Source: Eubacteriales bacterium
Lineage (GTDB): Bacteria > Bacillota > Clostridia > Oscillospirales > Butyricicoccaceae
Direction of reading: 5' to 3'
NCBI GenBank assembly: GCA_030524285.1
Contig: JAUNGQ010000009.1
Coordinates: 458 to 64,457 of the forward strand
Length of the DNA: 64,000 nt
Shown here: piece by piece, positions 57,744 through 64,000 of the stretch
Layout of the letters: every line of letters begins with the position of its first letter
How positions within the stretch are numbered: the first letter of the stretch is position 1
Program-made: the position numbers and the translations under genes
The notes under the pieces: generated by a model
Databases searched by the model: none
What the model was told of the DNA's origin: nothing
What the model saw: the letters and a program-made list of their open reading frames with translations, nothing else

Positions 57744-58436
57744 TTACCACAGCATGGCAAACAGCGATGCTGTACAGGCAGTCAAAATACCGGCAACCGC
57801 AACCGCAAGGGAACTCATAGCTCCCTCTACCTGCCCGATTTCCAACGCCCGTGCTGTACCAATCGCATGGGATGCCGTGCCAATGGCAAGCCCCTTTGCA
57901 ATTGGCTCTTCAATGTGGAAGAGCCGGCAAACTGCCGAGGCAATGACATTGCCCAAAATACCTGTCATAATAATCACTGCAACCGTAATGGTCACCAAGC
58001 CGCCCAGCTCTTCGGAAACACCCATACCGATTGCTGTTGTAATGGATTTGGGTAACAGCGTGACATACTGCTCATGTGTCAGCCCAAACAAAATAGACAA
58101 CCCCAAAATACCAGCCATGCTTGCTATTGCACCGGAGAAAACACCTACCAGAATGGCCGCTGCATGTTTTTTCAGCAGCTCCAGCTGCTGGTACAGCGGA
58201 ATCGCAAGGCATACCGTCGCCGGCGTCAGCAGATAACTGATATACTTTGCACCTTCATAATAGGAATCGTAGTCAATATCACACACTACCAGCAGCAGCA
58301 TGATAACAATAACTGCAATTAGCAGAGGATTGCAGATAGCAAATTTCCATTTTTTCTTACACCACTGTCCAAATAAAAAAGCGGCAATTGTCAAAAAAGC
58401 GCCGAAATATGTACAATTCACCATAACGTCATTCAT
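57744..58436 (-). CDS. lrgB: LrgB/CidB family protein
   Basis: LLTPATVCLAIPLY, PKSITTAI and HAIGT. Confidence 0.92.
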   Translation of the reverse strand: MNDVMVNCTYFGAFLTIAAFLFGQWCKKKWKFAICNPLLIAVIVIMLLLVVCDIDYDSYYEGAKYISYLLTPATVCLAIPLYQQLELLKKHAAAILVGVFSGAIASMAGILGLSILFGLTHEQYVTLLPKSITTAIGMGVSEELGGLVTITVAVIIMTGILGNVIASAVCRLFHIEEPIAKGLAIGTASHAIGTARALEIGQVEGAMSSLAVAVAGILTACTASLFAMLW

Positions 58437-58794
58437 GTCTGCTGCCTACCCTTCCATGCCGGATAATCACCTGCGTTACTTTTCCGGTAACTGCCATAAC
58501 AAATACGGTAATCACAGCGGTAATCACAGCAACAGGTACCAGAACCGGTTTCAGCTGTCCCCAGCAGTCCAGTAATCCAACGGCTGCCGGAACGAACAAA
58601 ATCGGCATAATTTCAATCAGAAAATCACCTGCAAGCCTGACGGATTCCAGCTTGATCACACCACTGACGAGTGCCGCCAGCAAAAGCAGCATACCATAAA
58701 TACTTGCCGGAATTGGCAACGGGAGCAACGCCTTTAAAATTTCTCCCAAAAAGGTAATCAGCAGTATAATGCCAAACTGCCGCAAAAGTTTCAT
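58429..58794 (-). CDS. lrgA: CidA/LrgA family protein
   Basis: PIPASIYG and LFVPAAVG; overlaps lrgB. Confidence 0.9.
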   Translation of the reverse strand: MKLLRQFGIILLITFLGEILKALLPLPIPASIYGMLLLLAALVSGVIKLESVRLAGDFLIEIMPILFVPAAVGLLDCWGQLKPVLVPVAVITAVITVFVMAVTGKVTQVIIRHGRVGSRHE

Positions 58795-58967
58795 GTGTTT
58801 CGCCTCAATCTAAATATAAGTTTCCTTTATCAGTATACCGAAAAAATTTGTATTTACAATTGGAGTTTTCCACAGATTCACATGCGCTCTTCTATTTGTT
58901 TCTGACATGTTTTCTTTTATTTCGGAATGACAGCTTTCATCTTGAGATATCTTTCCTGTTTTCGTAT

Positions 58968-59004
58968 AAAAAAGCTGCGTTTGAGGCAAAACCTCAAACG
59001 CAGC
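58968..59004 (-). terminator. Terminator of the AGCS gene
   Basis: GCTGCGTTTGAGG-TTTTG-CCTCAAACGCAGC-TTTTTT. Confidence 0.88.
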
Positions 59005-59050
59005 AAATTCGTTCAACAGCGTCGATTAGAGCCATCAAAAAGGTCTTTCT

Positions 59051-60448
59051 TTACTGCCAATAATCTACCTGATGTGGAAGACCAATATCCTTTGCATGAA
59101 ACTCCATCGGTTCATGATTTTTCAATCGCCGTTCATAATCCTTTAATGTACGGAAGACATACTTGCTCAGATACAAAATAACCGGCATATTGATGATTGT
59201 CATGCAGCCCATTGTAACATCTGCAATGTCCCACAACAGCCCTGCACTCAGGCCCGCGCCAACAAAAATCACAACGGATGCAATGATATGATAGACTCTC
59301 ATAAACTGCTTTCCGGGTTCATGTCCCAGCAGGAATTTCAAAGCGACATCGACATAATATAAATTGCCCAGCAACGTGGTAAATGCAAACAGGATCATTG
59401 CCACAGTGATAAAAAGTGGACCGATTGTGCCAAACACACTGTCCAATGCCGCCTGAACATATGGTGCACCAGACAATTCCTCCGATGGCACAACGCCAGA
59501 GCACATACACATCATCGCAGTTGCCGTACATAAAATCAATGTATCAATAAATACAGACGTAATTTGTACAAATCCCTGTTTTGCCGGATGTACAACATCT
59601 GCCGAGGACGAAGCATTCGGCGCAGAGCCTACGCCGGCTTCATTACTGAAAAGGCCTCTTTTGATACCATACATCATACAGGAACCACTAAAACCGCCAA
59701 AGATTGCCTGGAGATCAAATGCTTCAGCAAAAATCTTTCCAAAGACAGCGGGCAGGTTCTGAAAGTTGAGCACAATGACTAACACAGCTACAAGCGCATA
59801 AGCAACGCCCATAATCGGTACCATAATGCCTGTTACCTTCATGATTCTTCTACCGCCGCCTAGCAGGCAATAGCATACAATCACAGCAAGAATCAAGCCG
59901 ATGAGCCATGGGGAAGTTTTTGGATTATAAAATGCATACGGTGCAAAGGTAGACTGTAAATTATACGATGCCAGCATATTAAATCCACAGCCATAGGTAA
60001 GAATCAGGGCAATGGTAAAAATAATTGCCAGTGGTCTGTTATGGAGCGCCGCTTCGATATAATAGGCCGGTCCACCATAGCTGCCTTCCGGTCCTCTTTT
60101 CTTATAAATCTGTGCCAGTGTTGACTCGATAAATGCGGAAGAACTGCCAATAATAGCAATGACCCACATCCAAAATACAGAACCATAACCTCCCAGGCAG
60201 ATTGCAGTAGATACACCAATAATATTTCCTGTACCCACACGCGATGCTGTTGAAACCATCAAAGCCTGAAAGGAGGATACACCGGTTTCATCTGCCGGCT
60301 TCTCCATAATTGCCTTAAACTGCTCGCGAATCAATCGGAACTGTACAAATCCTGTCCGAATCGAAAAGTAGATTCCTCCCAAAATCAAAACGATAATCAA
60401 TAGCTTTCCATATAAAAAGCCGTTGATAGCAGATATCAATTGTGCCAT
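59051..60448 (-). CDS. Alanine/glycine:cation symporter (AGCS)
   Basis: RVGTGNI, FWMW, GGPAYY and RGLFSNEAGVGS. Confidence 0.93.
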   Translation of the reverse strand: MAQLISAINGFLYGKLLIIVLILGGIYFSIRTGFVQFRLIREQFKAIMEKPADETGVSSFQALMVSTASRVGTGNIIGVSTAICLGGYGSVFWMWVIAIIGSSSAFIESTLAQIYKKRGPEGSYGGPAYYIEAALHNRPLAIIFTIALILTYGCGFNMLASYNLQSTFAPYAFYNPKTSPWLIGLILAVIVCYCLLGGGRRIMKVTGIMVPIMGVAYALVAVLVIVLNFQNLPAVFGKIFAEAFDLQAIFGGFSGSCMMYGIKRGLFSNEAGVGSAPNASSSADVVHPAKQGFVQITSVFIDTLILCTATAMMCMCSGVVPSEELSGAPYVQAALDSVFGTIGPLFITVAMILFAFTTLLGNLYYVDVALKFLLGHEPGKQFMRVYHIIASVVIFVGAGLSAGLLWDIADVTMGCMTIINMPVILYLSKYVFRTLKDYERRLKNHEPMEFHAKDIGLPHQVDYWQ

Positions 60449-60589
60449 ACAATTTTCCTCTCTCTTTTACTATATTTTTCTATTATATCATTATTTTTAA
60501 GTATATCATACCATATTGATATTGTCTATAACATTGAAAGCTTCTTCCACAGTGTATCGAAAACTGGTAGTTTCCTGTATCAAAGACAT

Positions 60590-60624
60590 AAAAAAATCGG
60601 AGTAGATGACATATCTACTCCGAT
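60590..60624 (-). terminator. Terminator after tRNA-Leu
   Basis: ATCGGAGTAGAT...ATCTACTCCGAT followed by a T run on the minus strand. Confidence 0.85.
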
Positions 60625-60625
60625 C

Positions 60626-60713
60626 TGGTGCCGCTGACCGGGCTTGAACCGGTACGCTGTAAACCAGCGAGGGATTTTAAGTCCCTTGCGTCTGCCAATT
60701 CCGCCACAGCGGC
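60626..60713 (-). tRNA. tRNA-Leu (anticodon TAA)
   Basis: GCCGCTG acceptor stem, GGGA-CTTAAAA-TCCC anticodon arm, long variable arm, GGTTCAAG T-loop and encoded CCA; TTGACA-17-TATACT promoter at 60756-60728. Confidence 0.96.
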
Positions 60714-60773
60714 AAACTAGCTTATATAGTATAGCAATATTCCTTGTTTTTGTCAAGTCGAAAAACAAATGAA

Positions 60774-61484
60774 TTATATACCGCATACCCGAAGAAATCG
60801 GCTTCCAAATGCTGTAAAAGATATATTTCCGGTGTGCAACCGTATCCTGCGTTCCCTGCATTCCGGATATCTGCTGCAAAGCTGCGTTACCGTTTCCTCA
60901 ATGATCTGCTGAAACAGCATATAGATATCCTCATATTCGTTCTCCTGTATTTCCTCAAGCGCATGGCGTTCCTCCTGCATATGAATTTCAATCAGGTGTA
61001 AGCGCAGTAGATTGTCAATCGCTGCCTGTACATGCTCATAATCGCCATCCGTCGGCAGGAATGTAGTCATATGCATAATCAATTTCATGGAGCCTGCCAT
61101 ATCCTCCATGGTTTTTCCTGAAAAACTCCCGCTCTTCTTCATCCGGCTTAGATAGCAGTCTGCGATCGGCATAGCCCGTTGTTCCCGTATCCTGTTCAGC
61201 AGCAGCATATCCGTTTCATCCATCTGGCTGATAATAGAGACAAATGCAGGATGTACCTGTGTTTTCGTTTTCTCATCCATATCTGCTGCAAGTAGCGCAG
61301 CATAAGCCTCCCGTTGTTTCTCATCCGCCCAGCTATATTGCAGCATACAATTACCGGCAACGCGGCTGTCCGGCATACATGGTTGTTCTGTCAACCTCCT
61401 GCCAATCCTCCCGGACAGTTCCTCCATATCGGTTGATTTCATCTCATATGACTGTAAATATGTTATAATTTGTTCTTCAAACAC
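60774..61484 (-). CDS. DUF4393/Abi-alpha-like protein
   Basis: REAYAALLAADMD...VHPAFVSIISQM, IDNLLRLHLI and TAFGSRFLRVC. Confidence 0.65.
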   Translation of the reverse strand: MFEEQIITYLQSYEMKSTDMEELSGRIGRRLTEQPCMPDSRVAGNCMLQYSWADEKQREAYAALLAADMDEKTKTQVHPAFVSIISQMDETDMLLLNRIREQRAMPIADCYLSRMKKSGSFSGKTMEDMAGSMKLIMHMTTFLPTDGDYEHVQAAIDNLLRLHLIEIHMQEERHALEEIQENEYEDIYMLFQQIIEETVTQLCSRYPECRERRIRLHTGNISFTAFGSRFLRVCGI

Positions 61485-61570
61485 AGTTCATGCATCCTTT
61501 CTGTAGCAAAAACGCCCTGTCTCCCTTGCAGGGAAAACAGGACGTCATTGTCTGAATTTACGTTATGCAG

Positions 61571-62959
61571 TTAAATTTCTTCCTGAATGCCTGGCAACCG
61601 CGGAATAGAAGCAAATCCACATGCGAGGTCTTCATCTGTCGGGATGTAGTCGCTCATGGTCTTCTCGTTGTATGCCTTATAAGCGCTCAAATCAAAATAA
61701 CCCGTACCGGTCAGGTTAAACAGGATTGTCTTCGCTTCACCGGACTCACGGCACTTGATCGCTTCATCAATTGCCACACGAATTGCATGAGAGGATTCCG
61801 GCGCTGGCAAAATGCCTTCAATTTTTGCAAACATCTCAGCTGCTTCAAATACAGCAGTCTGCTCAACAGCACGCGCTTCGTCCAGATAACCATCGTGATA
61901 CAGCTGAGACAAAATCGGACTCATACCATGATACCGCAGACCGCCTGCATGGTTCGGGGACGGGATATAGCCGCAGCCCAGTGTATACATCTTTGCCAGC
62001 GGTGTTACCATGCCGGTATCACAGAAATCATATGCAAACTTACCGCGAGTCAGGGATGGGCAGGAAGCCGGTTCTACCGCAATAAAATGCGGAGCCTGTT
62101 TGCCAGTCAGCTTATCCCCCATAAACGGCGCCATAATGCCGCCCAGATTGGAGCCACCGCCTGCACAGCCGATTACAATATCCGGGTACGCATCTACCTT
62201 TTCCATAGCAGCCTTTGCTTCCAGTCCAATGACGCTCTGATGAATCAGAACCTGATTGAGCACGCTGCCCAGTACATAACGATAGCCCTCATGTGTGGTT
62301 GCATATTCTACCGCTTCCGAAATTGCGGTACCCAGAGAGCCTGTGCTGCCCGGGAAGCGCTCATTCATCTGTTTGCCGACATTGGTTGTCATAGACGGAG
62401 ACGGTACAATATCTGCATCATAAGTATGCATAACCTCTTTGCGGTATGGCTTCTGCTCATAAGAGCATTTTACCATAAATACCTTACAATCCAGATCAAA
62501 ATAACGGCATGCCATGGAAAGTGCCGTCCCCCACTGACCTGCACCGGTTTCTGTGGTAACACCCTTCAACCCCTGTTCCTTTGCATAATAAGCCTGCGCA
62601 ATCGAGGAATTTAGCTTATGACTACCGCTGGTATTGCCGCCTTCGTACTTATAATAGATCTTTGCCGGTGTATCCAGCGCCTTTTCCAAATAATATGCCC
62701 GCATCAATGGAGATGGACGGTACATACGGTAACGGTCGCGTACCAGCTCCGGAATGTCGATAAAACGATCCTCGGCATTCAGCTCCTGTTTTGCCAGCTC
62801 GGTGCAGAATACCGGCTCCAAATCAGAAACCTCAACCGGCTTTAATGTACCCGGATGCAGGATCGGACGGTGGTCAGTCTTCATATCAGCGCGGACATTG
62901 TACCACTGTTTTGGAATTTCGTCCTCGCTCAGATAAATTTTATACGGATCTCTTGCCAT
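61571..62959 (-). CDS. trpB2: TrpB-like PLP enzyme (TrpB2)
   Basis: SGSHKLN, TETGAGQWG, GSVLNQV, GGGSNLGG and PAPESSHA; long N-terminus IPKQWYN. Confidence 0.93.
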   Translation of the reverse strand: MARDPYKIYLSEDEIPKQWYNVRADMKTDHRPILHPGTLKPVEVSDLEPVFCTELAKQELNAEDRFIDIPELVRDRYRMYRPSPLMRAYYLEKALDTPAKIYYKYEGGNTSGSHKLNSSIAQAYYAKEQGLKGVTTETGAGQWGTALSMACRYFDLDCKVFMVKCSYEQKPYRKEVMHTYDADIVPSPSMTTNVGKQMNERFPGSTGSLGTAISEAVEYATTHEGYRYVLGSVLNQVLIHQSVIGLEAKAAMEKVDAYPDIVIGCAGGGSNLGGIMAPFMGDKLTGKQAPHFIAVEPASCPSLTRGKFAYDFCDTGMVTPLAKMYTLGCGYIPSPNHAGGLRYHGMSPILSQLYHDGYLDEARAVEQTAVFEAAEMFAKIEGILPAPESSHAIRVAIDEAIKCRESGEAKTILFNLTGTGYFDLSAYKAYNEKTMSDYIPTDEDLACGFASIPRLPGIQEEI

Positions 62960-63073
62960 AATATCTCTTCTCCAATAAATAAAAATAATTTCATACTTTA
63001 CAAAAATAAAGCGCCTATACTTTGTTTATTATAATTCTGTCGAATAGGCATGTCAAGAGGTTCGTATGGAATC

Positions 63074-63895
63074 TCATCCATATATCTCCATACATGCTTT
63101 CTTCACATCCTCTGTAATACCGCACGCCCGCTCCATCCATTCACTTTGTTTTGTTGTCAGCAAGATATGATAATCTCCATAATAGAAATTTATACTGTAG
63201 GAATCCGGACAGAAACAGTATTTATAACTGCTGCCGTTTTTCAAACGCATGGTAATACTCCACATAGTATAATCTACAGACTGAAACTGTTCCAAGCCAT
63301 ATTCCTCTGCTTTATACTGTTCCCGTGCATATTCATCCGCATTCAGCCAGCTCCCTTCCGTCAGGATATGATAAAACTGCTCCATTGTTTCTCTGTCCGT
63401 ATAGCTATAAATCGGAAAATCCTGTGGGCTGATATCACCATACCCATCCCAAAGACTGGTTTCCACACATGCAATATCATCCACACTGGTTAATCCAAAA
63501 TAATACATATCCTCCTGTAATGTATAGTACTTTGGCTTTACAATTCCGCCATAGGTAAACCGGGTCAGACTATGCTCTCCCTGTTGTACCTGATCCATGA
63601 GAAGCTCTGCAAAATTTGTTTTTCCAGTCGGTTGATATACCTTTGTCTGCTTCGTTCGGATACTCGTTTCCACTTCTGCCCCCAGCAACGCTTCATCATA
63701 TGGGACTTCCCCTGAAAAGTAGTATACAATCTGTTTTTCATCCATATCAATGAAAAAGTGCTCGGCACCGTTAAAGATAGCTGTTTCATCGTTTTGACTC
63801 TCGCTGACATAAAATATAGCAGCAATACAAGCTACTATGATTGCAGCAATGATGCTCCACCGTAGTTGTTTGTGGCTTCGGAATACTGTAATCAT
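63074..63895 (-). CDS. Hypothetical membrane-anchored protein
   Basis: N-terminal TM, acidic/Tyr-rich domain and GAGGTG RBS. Confidence 0.7.
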   Translation of the reverse strand: MITVFRSHKQLRWSIIAAIIVACIAAIFYVSESQNDETAIFNGAEHFFIDMDEKQIVYYFSGEVPYDEALLGAEVETSIRTKQTKVYQPTGKTNFAELLMDQVQQGEHSLTRFTYGGIVKPKYYTLQEDMYYFGLTSVDDIACVETSLWDGYGDISPQDFPIYSYTDRETMEQFYHILTEGSWLNADEYAREQYKAEEYGLEQFQSVDYTMWSITMRLKNGSSYKYCFCPDSYSINFYYGDYHILLTTKQSEWMERACGITEDVKKACMEIYG

Positions 63896-63981
63896 TGCAT
63901 CTCACCTCTCCTTCTTTCTGTTAGTATATCAGATCCAAGATAGCCTGAAAAGCTTTCTAACAAAATAAAAATGGGGCATAG

Positions 63982-64000
63982 TCAAGACCACCCGCATAGC
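63982..64000. mobile_element. Probable terminal hairpin of an IS200/IS605-family element (truncated by window edge)
   Basis: GTCAAGACCACCCGCATAGC is half of the ACCACCCGC-ATA-GCGGGTGGT hairpin I recall at clostridial IS200 tnpA ends. Confidence 0.45.

Noticed and set aside
60449-60590. Glycine riboswitch or T-box upstream of the AGCS gene
   Set aside because: Leader is short and AT-rich with no aptamer motifs.
60540-60713. Integrated element at the tRNA-Leu 3' end
   Set aside because: The tRNA is followed directly by its terminator and a core gene; no integrase or duplicated 3' fragment seen.
61565-62614. 349 aa plus-strand ORF
   Set aside because: Antisense shadow of trpB2.

Overview
This is a 64 kb, mostly core-genome chromosomal segment of a spore-forming Clostridia (an Oscillospirales/Butyricicoccus-like gut anaerobe is an inference from gene content and order). 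Most genes lie on the minus strand. Left part: degV (truncated), TetR plus a giant RND transporter, flavin reductase-rubredoxin, ttcA, an orphan gene with an ANTAR-like attenuator, bioB with a BirA box, an ECF sigma/anti-sigma pair, AI-2E, udp, DUF951, an S1 protein, an XRE, glgB, a thioesterase, a Ser/Thr kinase-BspA LRR fusion coupled to an AlkD-like gene, MATE and corA. Middle: a reduced dcw cluster (mraZ-rsmH-ftsL-PBP-murE-murF-mraY-ftsW-murG-ftsQ-ftsZ), coaD-rsmD-uvrC, an HPr with Tyr at position 15, mutS2-recO-era-ybeY-phoH-yqfD-yqfC and ylbJ. Right part: dacA, an XRE, an SLH-like/ricin/CHAP hydrolase, an ABC exporter, csp, an HHxxxDG acyltransferase, lrgAB, an AGCS symporter, tRNA-Leu(TAA), a DUF4393/Abi-alpha-like gene, trpB2 and a probable IS200/IS605 end at the right edge. 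I saw no CRISPR array, rRNA or intact prophage. The best candidates for something undescribed are the cytoplasmic kinase-LRR/AlkD operon, the Tyr15 HPr, the ANTAR-controlled orphan, an inverted-repeat-flanked (possibly invertible) promoter next to an XRE, and a dif-like palindrome. All calls come from motif reading by eye; no database searches were run.
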